Part shown: piece by piece, positions 12,559-25,600 of the stretch
Layout of the letters: every line of letters begins with the position of its first letter
Position numbering within the stretch: the first letter of the stretch is position 1
Program-made: the position numbers and the translations under genes
Assembly: GCA_002633005.1 (NCBI GenBank)
Contig: NMRA01000018.1
Location: 1,313,531 to 1,377,530, forward strand
Source of the DNA: Phoronis australis
Taxonomy: Eukaryota > Animalia > Phoronida
Length of the DNA stretch: 64,000 nucleotides
Direction of reading: 5' to 3'
The notes under the pieces: model-generated
What the model was told of the DNA's origin: nothing
The model's input: only the letters and a program-made list of their open reading frames with translations
Databases searched by the model: none

Positions 12559-15500
12559 ATGCCTACCAGACGACAAGCTAAGGTATGTAGTTTATATATT
12601 CATGGATGGATGATTTCCTAAAATGACAAAGAAATCAGCCTGAATTTGAACCTAGGTCTCCAGCGTGTCATTGTTATGTATAGACCAGTTGGGGCTAACA
12701 ACTGGTGAGCCATTCAGGGAGACATACAATAGGAGCCAAAAGTATTCAGACAAAATGACCCCGAAATTCTTCCATGTTCTAAAGTCTCTCTAAATAAGAT
12801 AAGGATCGATATGGAGGAATCTTATGAATTTCTCCAATGTCATCTGGTGAGCCCAACCAGGAGGGGGGGGGGAGTTAGTTCAAAGTTCGCAGCATGGCTC
12901 TCAGCTCATTATACTGCATCACTAACTCCCACTAGAAGTTGAGTCTGAAAGAATGGTGATAAAACCAGCGGTGATGATGGAATCAGGTTTAATAAAGGGC
13001 ATGTTCATGACATGGGTCATGATGTGGGGGGGGGGCTGAAGCCAAATTCCTAGTCAGAGTAGTCTCCCCTTACGACCAAGAATGAAGAGGAATTAACAAT
13101 GAGCCATTTTATAACAAGAATTTGGCCTTCCTTATATTTATTACCAATAATTTTTGCTGCTGAGAGAATTAGCAGTCACGATGAGAAAAAGGAATTTTGT
13201 CTGACAACCATTTGCCTTTTTACTGTATTTTTCAGACCACTTGAAACAAGTGGAACTGGAACAACTGCATTTTGCCACTGCTTAGCTGCAACGCTGAATT
13301 CTAAATCTGGATGTGCGCTGGGGTTTAAAAGATTTACCACGCTCATCCCATCTTGAATTTATTGCCGAATGAGCCATTAACTCAAGTAGCGTGCAATACA
13401 TGCGGTGTTTTTGACTTTACAATTTTAAGGGTGGCCAACCTCAATCAATTGTGAACTGTTTTCTTGAGTCACTGATGGTTTCGGTTTTTATTATTGGTAA
13501 CAGAAATGTCATCACGATTTAGGAATATGACAAGACTGATTTTAATGAGAGAAAAGGGCCTAACTCGATTTTCGTTTTATATCCAACTAAACAGGGTGAA
13601 ATGTGTCTAACTAATGAAGTGAAGTCTCATAGATACTGTACTTTAATTTCTTTAATATTTTTCTAAGTTGTCAGCTCAAAAGTGTATTTTTATGTTATTC
13701 AGAAATTTATTACCTGTTTTACAGAATTTAGCTGAACAGAAGCGAAATGCTTCATCTTCTGAGGACCAGAAATCTCATAATGAGCTGGGCACCAGTTCTC
13801 CCCAAACAAAAGACAAAACACCTGTTGCAGAGAAGGAGTCTACCACCTGTAACCAACAGTCACCAGAAGACCAAGCTTCCTCTTCTGCTGTGAAATCGAA
13901 GAGAACGCGTCGTAAAAAACCTTCTGAAGAACCAACTGTTGACGAGAGTTGTTTTACGCCCCCACAAGACAACAGCGCCGCCATTCCACCAAAGAAACGA
14001 AAAGGAAATCGCATGGTTGAGTGCGAAACAAGCTCAGTTGCTGAAAAGGAAGTCTCAGAAACATCTAAAACTGGAGAAGGGGACGTTGCACAAGAAGAGA
14101 AGTCACCTGCAGGCGATATGGAAATAAAGCCTATAGAACTGGACGAGAAGGATGGTAAACACAAAATATTTACATATTTACAGTCTGTGTGTGGACAGCA
14201 CTTACTCCACCATATAGAGATAGGGTGATTTGTTCTACGGTGACTTCCACACTTCTAATTCCTGTGTGACCGAACAGGCTAATTGCTGCTTACCTCGTAC
14301 CGTCAACGTGCTAGTACTGATGCGTCACATATTCATTTTGGTTATTTTATACATTAGATAAATGCATTGGCATAACGGCTTATCAAGTATTATGAGCCCT
14401 TCACTAATATCGAATTCAGTTGTGGGAATTTGCTTTGATGTAGCTACAATGAATACAATGACCTTTGACCTCGTAGTGACAACAGGCTAGCATTGATATA
14501 ACAGTTAAGTGTAATTAGCCGATACTATTATGTTGCATTTATTGCAGAGGAGTCTGACTTGGGTGAAACAGCTAATACCAAGCCATCTGCACCAGATAGA
14601 GCTGATGAAGGCACCAACGCAGTCCAGCCAACACTTGATGAGAATGCCTCGCCATCACAGAAGGCAAACATAAAGTCCCAACGGCCGAGGGCCTCGTGTG
14701 ATAGCCCAGTTCTGCCTTCTAATATCCTGATATGTCCCGTGTGTGAGGCCTACTGCGTCCAGTTGGTGCGTCACCTCCGCACTCACCACGGTGACCACAA
14801 GGACTTGGCAGCCATGATTAAACAAGCACGTACAATGGAGATGAGAGCACAGCCCAAAGAGACCCCAGGGCAAAATACATCCGGGTCAAAAGCACCCAAA
14901 CGACAACCTGTGGCCCGACCAAAAAATGTCCAGTGTCCACTCTGTATGAAGGTAAGATTAATAGCTAAATAAAATAAATAGCATTCGCAGGTTTCCATAG
15001 CATTTTGATTAAATACTAACAGAACTAACCTGAATTAGTTTACTTTATGGCATTATGCTTGGTAATCAATTTTGTGTCTGTTGTAGATCTGCTTATTGCA
15101 TTTGAACAACTGGAGTTTTTTGTTTGTTGACATCCTTGTCATTCAATTGTAGATCTTTTGCAACATCTTCTCCAGAATGAACACAAAATAGCAGCTGTGT
15201 ATGGAATTTTACCCATATGAAATATGTGCATCAATTTCATGGTTCAGCAAAAATAAGATTTGTCTATCAGCATTCACCAGTAACCTTTTGCGCTCAACTT
15301 TTGCAGATAGTCAAACGCTACGACTTCAACAAACATGTGCGAAACGTGCACTCAGGAGAAAAGCCAAATAAGTGCCCTCATTGCGACTACAGCACACCCT
15401 GGAAAGGTATTTTTGCCACAATAGCAGTTATTCACAATTATTGATGTTTTCAATGGTAAACTGGGTTTTTTGGTCCACTCATTCCCCTTTACATAGAGTG

Positions 15501-18500
15501 CTCCAAAAATGTTTTCCTCGTCCTGCATATCATTTTGATGGAATTTTTTAAAACGGTTTTTATGCACCCACATGCATATACGTGGGCACCGCATGCTGTT
15601 ATCCCCGTCTGTCTGGTGTGCGCTGCTTTATCTCCAAAACTCCTCGATGGATGTTTGTGAAATTTTGTCGTCATCAGTGTTCCTATCATGGATTGGATGG
15701 CACAAGCAAATTTCGTACAGATTCGAATACTGTTGTGCTTCCTCATTTTCAGATGAGTATTGCCAATTTAATTATTTTTGCATCTGTTTTCAACATGTGC
15801 CTTGCTATTTGCCAAAATTCCTTCAAGTCGAAGGATGTTTATGCAATTTCACAGATATGCTCCTATTGAGATCACAGCTGATGTTGGTTTTCGAACAAGT
15901 CGAACTGGTGTGCTGCCACCTAGTGGCAAGTTAGTTTTCTTTGTGTATGGCCTGTATATCTACTGTTACGTTTATCGTTGGGTAGCCAGAGTGGAAGGAA
16001 CAACAATTATTCGAGTGATAATGAAATACCCGGTACGTCTATTCGTGATCGTGGTAATACAAGCAGTGAACGTACAACTACAAACTGATGGTGAAACCAT
16101 CACGTGACTACATAACATTACACGTGATCACTAAAAATAGTACATGACGTAAACTAAATCATTCATACATCACATGTACCAAGTTCTTTGATGTATTTTC
16201 TTGAATTTTGGCAAATAGGTGTTTGTTGTGGAGACGATGACACCTTCCCACATTTCTCTTGGATTGAACTTCATCTGTGCCCCCTAGTAGCCATTTTTGA
16301 TATTTTTGCGTCTGTTTTTGGAGTCCGCATTTCTATCCAGATAAATGCATTCTGCATTGCACACCCAGTAGATTTTTTGTTACCTTTTCTGTGTTTTTGT
16401 GTCAGCTTCTCTGTCTGCCACTGCACCTGAATGATGATTATGAAATTTGGCGGACGTGTTTATATTGAGATATAGGTTTTCAGACAGGTCCAACTACTCT
16501 GGCACCCCCTAGTGACATTTGTGTTTGCCTGTGCCTCAATATCTATCAAGTTCCTTGACGGATCTTAATGAAATTTGAAGTAGACATCACTTGCCAAGAT
16601 GAATTAAATCTAACTTATTTGAAAGTCCGAGTGCACAAACTGAAAACTAAACCTGTATTGGGGACTTTAGTATGAGTTAAGCAGAGATCTTGCTAAAACA
16701 CGGGGAGTTACACGAGTTTCACTCATCAGCGCAGGGTTATTTTTACAGGAAATCTCAACACTCACATCCGTGGAGTTCACATGAGAGACAGACCGCATCA
16801 GTGTCCGTCCTGCTCACTGGCTTTTAAGACTCGCGGTGCCCTCATTGGTCATGTACGGAAAATACACGAAGGTTTGTGGCTTTTCACTGCACTTGCTTTT
16901 AATTCTTTGGCACTTACTTACATTGTCTTCATACTCTCTCAGTAATTAATTTAACCATGAGACTATATGTATATTATTGGGTTCCATTTAAGTGATGAAA
17001 ATATTGAGTAAAGATCCGTTTTGGAACCAAAGTACCATACCTTGATGTGGGAAGTGTACAGCTGTTTCGTCCATATCTCACGGATTTGATTCACCAACAG
17101 GTGCACCCTCTGTCGTTATAAAATAAAATGATAAAACAGTACCGGGGATTCCCTAATGTTGGGTGAAGCTAAGGTTCGTCACATGAAATGACCATTGCAT
17201 GCCAACGCGGGATGTCGTTCCTGGATGTTCGATATACGTAACAAGGAACAACCATGTCAGTGTGACCCCGCGGATCCTTCTATCATCAACTTCCCTGTGT
17301 GTATTTCCTGTCAGAGGCGTCTCCGAAAGGATTCAGACTATCTACAGTAAACACATCAAGTCGTTTCACAAAGCGTTAAACTCTATTCAGTCCATCCTCC
17401 CATCAGTGAAAGGTGTGTCACCCCCCCTCGAGAGGTGTGGTGTAATCTAAGATTACAAGTGTGGTGTACTGACAACTATATCAGTGAGTGAGATGGGTTG
17501 CCAGTTATCGACCAGGGTTAAGGATTATCTTAACTATCCTCCAACGTTACATCTATTACTGCTGTCCAAGAGTATGTCAGAGATCTACATCATCAGATCT
17601 CTGATGAGGACTTCAGTATATTACGTAAGTCTACATCCTGAGAAATGGAAGCGCAGGGTACGAGAAGCAATTAAGATCTAAGTCCACAAACCTAGTCTTA
17701 ACAGAGACACGAGACTTGATCTACCTGCAGAGTGTTCGGATCTGTAACGGGATTCCCCCCGACAGTAGGGAATCCCAGGTATTTTTTATCATTTATTCTA
17801 CAACAGAGAGTGCACCCGGTAGAGAATCAAGTCCATGAGGTATGGACAAAATGACTATACTTACCACATCAAGGTACGGTTCTTTGGTTCTCAAAACAGA
17901 TCTTTACTTTATAATTTAACCATAATTATAATTCTCAAAGGGACTGCCACTGTAGTTAGTTAAATTATTAAGTAATAGTTTCGATCTAATCTACAGGTAT
18001 GTACCAAGTGAAGGAACGACCATTTGAGTGTGAGACATGTCATAAAATGTTTTTCAAGAAGTATCACCTGGAGCGTCACGTCCGCATTCACACCGGCGAG
18101 AAGCCATTTGCCTGCTGTTTCTGTGTCAAGAAGTTCTCTAGCAAGACCAACATGGACACCCACATGCAGTCGGTACACCTCAAGATCAAGCCTTTCAAGT
18201 GTGGCTACTGTGAAAAGGGGTTCATGCGTAGGAAACAACTAGTAGAGCACCTTGCCAATCATGAGGGAAATCCCTGTCAGAGGAAGATCACGTCACGTGT
18301 AAAGCGTAAATCTGACGAGGATGAGGTCGAGGGTGATGGTCATACTGTCCTGTTGGTCCGAAATTCACCAGTTGGCACAGAGGGCGAGGGTAGCGACGCT
18401 AGCTCTGCAGTGGTAGAGGCTGGAGGTTCGGCCTCAGCTGCACCGTCCAAGGCAGACCACAACCAGACTATTGTCTGGAGAGTCCAGCTGCCAGACGGAT

Positions 18501-19513
18501 CGCAAGAGCTGCACATTCGCACATGTGAGTCAGAGCAGACACCACAGGTGTTGCTGATCCCACAGAATCAGCAGCAGGGAGGCGAGAGTGATGTCATCGT
18601 CTTGCAGCCAGTGCAGGCAAATCTCGGGGAAACTAAGGCTGTCAATAATGCACAAGGACTCCAGGTGATTCAGTCGTCACAGACACAAGCACCACCTATA
18701 GCAAACTTGCAGCAGAACAACGCGGGTTCAGCCGATATAACAGGACAAGCTGTTGCAGAAAAGACCGATTTGGCTTCTCCTGATTTAGTATCTGCAGTCT
18801 CACTGCCTAGTTCTGTGTCTTCAGTCATTCCCAATGCAGCCAGTGACCAGCAAACAGCTCCAATTGAGGAGACAGATAGTGCACAGACTATCCAGTCTAT
18901 CACAGATGCCGCCAACCTGCATATAATCCAGGGCCAAGATGGCGAAGAGGCCATAGCCATCTCGGTACTGGCGCCAGATCGAATTCCCCAGTCCTCCAGC
19001 TCCGACACCGAAGGGGTTCCTGTGATAATACCCTCATCTGCCTTGGCCGGTCACATAATTGAGACTAGTCAATCAGAACCCATTGCAGCTCAAATCGGTG
19101 AGGATCAAACACAAGGGTTGGGAACATCGCAGGAGTATTTCTACCAGGCTATACAGTCGGCGTGGCCGTCAGCCTTCAATCAGCCAGGACAGGCTTTTCA
19201 AGGGTTTCAAGCCAACAACAGTGAATTCCAATTTGAAGTGAGCTCCTCACAGACGTTCACAAACCCAAGTGCACAAGCTCACTTCACGACATTTGCCAAC
19301 AACGGTCAATCATTCACACCCATCGAGCCTCAACCGGGGGCCGATTTGCCTACAAATTTCAATGTTCACCATATGGAGAAGACATTTCAAATTGTGACGC
19401 CACAAGGCGAGCCGTTCCATGATAACATGGCCGTGGACAGTATCCCATCTTCAGGGGCAGACGCCATACAAATTGTGAATGAATCATCGCAAGATCAGCA
19501 GAGCTTCTTTTGA
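12559..19513 (+). CDS. C2H2 zinc-finger protein (7 fingers, about 865 aa) with disordered charged N-terminus and Q/S/A-rich acidic C-terminus
   Basis: Exons 12559-12582, 13725-14154, 14548-14951, 15307-15406, 16749-16871, 17997-19513 are GT-AG and in phase (2598 nt). Fingers include CPLCMK|IVKRYDFNKHVRNVH, CPHCDYSTPWK|GNLNTHIRGVH, CPSC..HVRKIH, CETC..HVRIH-TGEKPF, CCFC..HMQSVH, CGYC..HLANH. The first small exon is the least certain. Confidence 0.85.
12636..12712 (-). mobile_element. Degenerate tRNA-headed SINE fragment
   Basis: Minus strand tggctcaccagttgttagc (A-box-like)...ctaggttcaaattcaggctg (B-box-like). Confidence 0.3.
15557..16600 (-). mobile_element. Diverged copy of the modular pearl/HINE-like repeat family
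   Basis: Shares the terminal gcacccaca..gtgggc hairpin, gctgctttatctccaaaac, gtgaaattttg and repeated cccctagtggc modules with 28085-29340 and 61718-63081. Confidence 0.5.
17007..17908. mobile_element. Element with about 155-bp inverted arms enclosing a Penelope-like relic
   Basis: agtaaagatccgttttggaaccaaagtaccataccttgatgtgg...ggggattcccta (17007-17155) is inverse to tagggaatcccaggta...ccacatcaaggtacggttctttggttctcaaaacagatctttact (17766-17908). Confidence 0.75.
17290..17735 (+). pseudogene. Decayed Penelope-like retroelement C-terminus (linker plus GIY-YIG endonuclease)
   Basis: Frameshifted translation FPVRGVSERIQTIYSKH..FHKALNSIQSIL..CGVI*KIT..CTDNYISE/MGCQLSTRVKDY..DFSIL..KWKRRVREAIKI*VHKPSLNRDTRLDLP matches the typical PLE pattern PYVKGVSE..GVVYKIPC..YIGETGR.L.TR.KEH..R...EAI.I....P.LNRD. 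Confidence 0.75.
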
Positions 19514-21100
19514 GTCGGGCGATACTCTCTGGTTATTGTAGTACAGAATTAGCAATGAGACTCAGAAAGCAACTGGTTACTGGTTGTGATATCTGGTGTT
19601 GACCAACTGAATTCAGTGAAATGCGACAGGTGTGTGACGACAATGCATTGTCTCCATTCAGTTTTCGCGGTAATTTGATGACAGCAGCACCCCCTAGTGG
19701 CCATTTTATTTTGGAGGTGGTTGTAGTTACCGGTATTGTACCGTGCCCTCTTATGTCATTACCTTTCTATCTTTGTGTCTTCCAAATCTCACGATTCATT
19801 GTTCTTTCTAATTGTGGAAAAAAGGCTACACCTACCATTCTTGGATGTCTAATCTATTGTGTCCTTTTGTGGATTATTCTCTTTGTTGAAAGTGTTGAAA
19901 ACTGTCCATGTGTTTAACTTTGATTTAACGCGAGTTTAAAGGTTCCAACACTTTTTTGTCAATTGGGACTTTTGTAGCTCCACCTTGTGTGAAGCTTATA
20001 AAACACACTGCACTGTGTCTGCACATCAATGCTGTGAACTATTCGTAAATATTTATGGAAGACATTGTATTGTTAATTAATTAACCTTACCCTATTAAAA
20101 GTTAGGAAACAAATTAAACTTGATTTTTGCTAAAAGTTGATGAAGGAGTGAATGTTGTGATTTTGTGAGGCATTGGGTGGTGGGGTGTAGAAGTGAAATG
20201 GTCTAGTTGTGGTTTTGTAATAAATAAACGCTGTGCGAGTGTCAAGTAGATAGAAAATTTTACCCTTAGGCTGTATTTCCATATTATGTCATCACTCAAG
20301 GGGAGGGGGTTTGGAAAAGATGATTTATAACGAGGGGGAAAGGGCTTAGACACAATTAATTTATTTAAAAACCATGACCTGCCGTTTCATGCTTCCATAT
20401 CACGCAAATTAGAATATTTATTTCAAAATTGAATTAAGTGTTACTTCAGAAGACTGCATATTAAGTGTCTGGAACATGTATTTATTAAAGTATCAGTTGC
20501 TCTGTTCAGTAAATGTGAACAGCAACTGGTAAATGAATACAGATCACTCTAGACTCGTCTCATATCTTTCTATTAAAATAGTCAAGTGAACTATATGTAT
20601 AATATGTACATTGAATGCATTGTCGTGTAATAATAAATAATATAATTGTAAGTTTTAATAGGTGATTTTTAAAATGACAAAAAGATAAAGTTGGCACAGG
20701 GCGTCAGACTTCTAGTCATTGCAATGTGAACTCTGGGCCAGAAAAATGGACTACAACATCATATGTGGTATCGTAATCATTTTTGGCTTGAAACTAGAGA
20801 AGCTGTTGTACTGAACACCAATGAGAAAGATTTTACGGAGAATGCTTTTGAGTCAGAGTCAAGGCATTGAATTCGATGCCGTAACAATGCAATGAAACCA
20901 GCTTGGTGAAGCAATTCATTGAAGCCATGTGCCACTGCAAAAGGTAAAAACAGAGTATGCGAAATTTGCAATATAGATACTGAACTGTAGAAGAAAACAC
21001 TTTTAAAATGTTTACGGTTAACAAAAACAAGGTACATGCATAATTTCTTACTTGAGGTGAGCAGACCTGAGAAATATGTCTGTTTTTTAAAAGAAACACC

Positions 21101-22447
21101 TTAGGGCTGTTCTAGCAAAAAATGTATGGGAGAGGGGCGAAGGCGCTTTCATTTTTTACACACCGCCCATATTTTTCTTTTATTTCTCCAACCCATGACC
21201 CATAATGTTTAATTAGGTTAAAATATAAAATGCAACACTTGTAAACAAATTGCCTCCAGGATGACCTGTTAAGTACTTAGAAGATCGACAAACAAGAACT
21301 AGTTGTCTCGCCAAATATTGTCAAAAACTAAAGCGGCTAAGAGGGTGGTCGAAGCAAAACGAAAATCGACTTCTGTCAAAGCATCCATCCCTGCCATATA
21401 TCTTTGTGCCAAATTTCATCCAGTTGTGCCTAGCATTTTTTGAGATGATCAACCTGTCCTGTCAAAAAACAAAAATGGCCAACAGAGAGTGCTACAGTAG
21501 CCAAACCTGTCCAAAAATCGACTGGTGCCAACGCATACCAGCCATCTGTCTCTATGCCAAATGTCATCATGACCTGTTAAATGGTTTCAAGGTAAATGAC
21601 AGTGCTGGCGCATCCAGGTCAATTACCTCTACCCAAAATTTGATCATGATCCGCCAAGCGGTTTTTGAGATAATTGACAGACGAGAAATGATAATGTCAG
21701 ACGTACCGATCGACGGGCAGACGAAGGGACAGAGGGGATGCTGACTATATTTGAGCACAAAAGTTTTTGAGGGTGCAGAAACATTCCGTGTGAGATCACA
21801 ACTCATGTCAGTTACCAGAAATTTGATTTTTAAAGACACCGGTGAGCAATACTTTAGGCAGCAACTAGGTGTCTCTGTCCACCATGTGTCTGCAATTTCA
21901 ATAAGATTTTTTCAATTTCAAGAATCTTCGAATCTCAAAATGTTTCCATGAACGCTTTTTTTAAAAACTGCTATGTCAAGGGAATATTGGCACTTGTGTA
22001 TATGACTCCTCATACTTTTTATTTAAGAAATCATCAATTTTCTTAGATGTGTTAACACCAGTTTAGTGTTGCAGTAATTTTCATTCTAATATGACCGTAC
22101 AACATGTGCCTGCAGTCAAGTTGCCCATGACTTGAGTAATGGCATAGTGTTCATATTGCACTCTGTACACTACCAACAGGGGCTTGTTTTGTTGTTTTTG
22201 GGTACTTATGGGTAAATGAATGTTTGGTAAGTTTTGAATTTTTTCAGCCGTTATTGAGGTCCGTGTTTGGCTGAAAATATCCTCCTGTCAACATGTACAG
22301 GACAAAACATACCACCCAGTTTTAGTGATACATTTCTTCCAGGAAGGACCACCATAATTTTAATTTTCTTCAAAAGACAACCACCCATAATTTTTTACAT
22401 CACCAGCCACCCCCCCTTCCATGCGGATTTTGCAGGAAAAGCCCTAA
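21101..22447. mobile_element. Non-autonomous TIR element (TTAGGGCTGTTC...GCCCTAA), copy 1, with a nested insertion of about 500 bp
   Basis: Termini ttagggctgttctagcaaaa and ttttgcaggaaaagccctaa. The interior is homologous in reverse to 42028-42797 except about 21330-21830, which that copy lacks. Confidence 0.75.
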
Positions 22448-22607
22448 ATATTATAAGTTTTTATCTAAAAAATGCTAAGGTATTTCACTAACACTGGCGA
22501 GATAAATGCTATTTGCTTCACAACAAATGAAACAGCAGTTTTTCACTAGCATTTTTATTGCTCTGGCAGTGGGTGTTAACTTGTGAAATGTCGGTTTTTA
22601 CCAATTG

Positions 22608-25600
22608 TCACTGATTGGGAGCTTGCGAGATGCTGCGCTGTCTGCTTCTGGTGAGATGAACGCTTAAATTAGGCACATGTGGCACACTGCGGTCATCGGG
22701 TTCAGAGCCTTCCACAAACGATGGAGAGTCGTCCTCGTAAAATAAGGGATCTGTAATTAGACACCACTTTGTAAACAAGGAAATTTTCTGCCACCACAGC
22801 CAGCTGTTATACTTAGTTCGTGTCCCCGACCAGTATATAAAAAATGTAACAAAATCTAGCTTGGTATACTTAAATGCTAGATTGTTTGAAAGAATCATTT
22901 TAATAATTGCAGGATTTGACATAGGCGAGTAAACATTTAAGAAATGGGTGAAAAGAAGGCATTCCCAGAGCCTGTCAGTTGGATTACAAAAAAGAGCTAT
23001 TGTAACTACTTCCTTGATGGTCTGTCAATGGGGGCTAGTGATGGGTCTGAAACGACGCGCACTGAAATGATAGCTATAAATACAGCGGGTGGAAACAGCT
23101 TCTAGACCACGCCTCTAAAATTGCAGCTGTGATTCCTAAGTCATGGAGCCAGATAAGTAAACATCAAAAGCCAGGGACTAGATACCTCACACATACGGTC
23201 TGGAGTTTGGTCACTGGGTATGCAATATTTTTAGCAAGCGTCGAGTTGAGAGGAGTGGGTATGGAATTGGTACCGTGGTGTTGGCGTTTGCTGGCCTGGT
23301 ACTGAGGTTTAAGGTATTGAAGCTGGAAATTAGTGGCACCACCACGGAACTAGCTAGATGCTACAAGCTGTAGACCAACACACAGGTGAACCAACACATT
23401 AAGCTGATAATGTGGGGCTCATGAGAAGGTATGAGTCCCCAAGAAATTTTAACAAATTCATGAAAGCAATCGAAACCTGACCAAACTTGCGTCGTTGACG
23501 CACCAGGCAAACACCTTACTAAGGAGGCTCAATGTATTTGGTAAATGTTTATCTTATTCATTTGTCTTCATCTACTACAGTCACGGCTAGAATTTGGATA
23601 ATCAAACACTTGCCAGGGCTTCGCACAGGCTTTTTAATCTTCTCAGCAATCGACTGTGAACTTTCTCTAGTTCTGCAAGTTGCAAAACTTTCCTGAAATG
23701 TAATTAACAGCATCTGGTATATGGTGGAAGTATAGGACTGGCATCAAAGTTATCAAATGAAGTCAAATTTTGTTAAAAAATGAAATCTAGATTCAGGTGG
23801 ACATAGTTTGAATCGAATGACGAGAATCTGTATGTCGTACTGTCCACCGCAACCCCATGCTATTTTGACTGTTTTCTGTGAATTGTTTTCACTTGAAAGG
23901 ACCTTGATTGTGAAGGTCTGGCCATGGAAAAACTCGGAGGTCACCCAACATTTTCTACAGCAGAAACCAACACTAACCCATCACCTTACTCTTGTTGAGT
24001 GCACAAAAGTTCTCTTCCCGCATTTTGGTTGCGAGAACTGACCGCCAATGACTGACCCGATTCACAAGGCCAGCATACATGCTGTCAAGTGATCATCTGT
24101 TTGAGCGACAGAGACATCTATTGCTGGAGCAAGACATCAATGTGATAGCAGGTGGGTTCCAGGCAAACTCAAATGCCCACATCTCACTTTTGAAAGTTGA
24201 GGTACAAAATGAATTTTTCCTGATAAATTACATAATTATTCACGTTTCTATCAACAACATCTATTTGCATGAATTTTTAGTAAAAAAGTCAAGCACCCTG
24301 TACAAACTATGTTATGTCTTGAACACGACAGACATCTCACTAGATCTCGTCCAATCGCCCATTTCTTACGTTTCTTATGCTTTTTGGGAAATATAAAGAG
24401 TCACATGCATACAAGTGTTCGCGAAGTGTTACCTCACAGGCATAAAATGGCTTCACTAGAGACTGCTGCATCATTACCAGAACGTACGTGACCAAGTCTT
24501 CCCTGATCCACCCTCTTTTGACATCACGTGGCAAAGACAAATATGCGTTCCAAGGGACTGTTTTTAATTGACTTAAACATTCTCGAACATGAAAAGCATA
24601 CCACAGGTGAAATATGCATTAGAGAAATCTTACAGTCTGTATCTGCCTGAATCCACTGGCCGCTACTTACGTTGTCATCATCCTCACGCTGGACCGTGTT
24701 TGGTGAGCTGACGAAGATCTCTTGAGGACTACAAAGGAACAATGGTCTCGGAGTCAATGAATGGCGAAATACATGTTGCAATTATGACTGTTTTATCGTA
24801 AATTGTAAAGTAACACGATTATAATAAATGGAGCACAGCATGGTACATCACAGTACAACAGAGTTAAAAGTACAGTATGGTAAAATCTTACATGAAATTT
24901 TATTTTGGCATTTTTTTGATAAAAGATAATTTGCTTGACCATGTTCAAGTTCTGTATCATAGCTACCACCAGAACATATTTTGAAAAACAGCGGGCATTC
25001 ACAATAATGTTAGAGGACGTTGAAAAACAAGAAAATGCTAATTTTGTCAAATAATTGGTCATGGAGTTAAAATCTAAAGTTTTGTAGATATTTGGCTAAA
25101 CTACACAAACCTATCACAAGGTCCTATATGACCTTAACTAAATGTCATGAATTGCCGCATCGGGACAGCAACAAACAATAAACTTAGGCACTTACCTGTG
25201 GGAAGTATCACTGCAGAAATCTAATGGATTGACTCTGGTGATAGTAGGTGAGGGGTGAATCATGTTAATAAACTCTAGGAAGTCATCCACCTCTGGTGAG
25301 TTGAACAGCATCTCAATCAGGTACTGGATGAGAGGAACCCTGCAGTTAGACAAATCTTGATAGATGGCAGAGGTCTTCCCAGATGACACTATCTGAAAAA
25401 ACGAGGAAATGTGTTTTTTAACACTGAACAGACAATTAAAACCACAGCATTGGCAGCAGTGTTTAAAAATGACCATTGTATTCAAAGTTTTTGACAGTCG
25501 CACACTTCATTTCATGTAATTTTGTTTCTCTTGAACACGCTAAGATAACGTACTAAAGCCCGCGCTCCATCCAAGAAGTGAACTTTTTATTCAGGCCACT

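Noticed and set aside
17600-17646. Hammerhead ribozyme core (CTGATGA...GAAA) in the Penelope relic
   Set aside because: It lies inside the decayed coding frame (SDEDF), and I could not build convincing stems I-III.
22950-24560. Additional TINF2-like exons (for example about 24130-24080 and 23350-23185)
   Set aside because: Splice-like signals exist but frames are ambiguous or hit stops; cannot be supported without RNA data.
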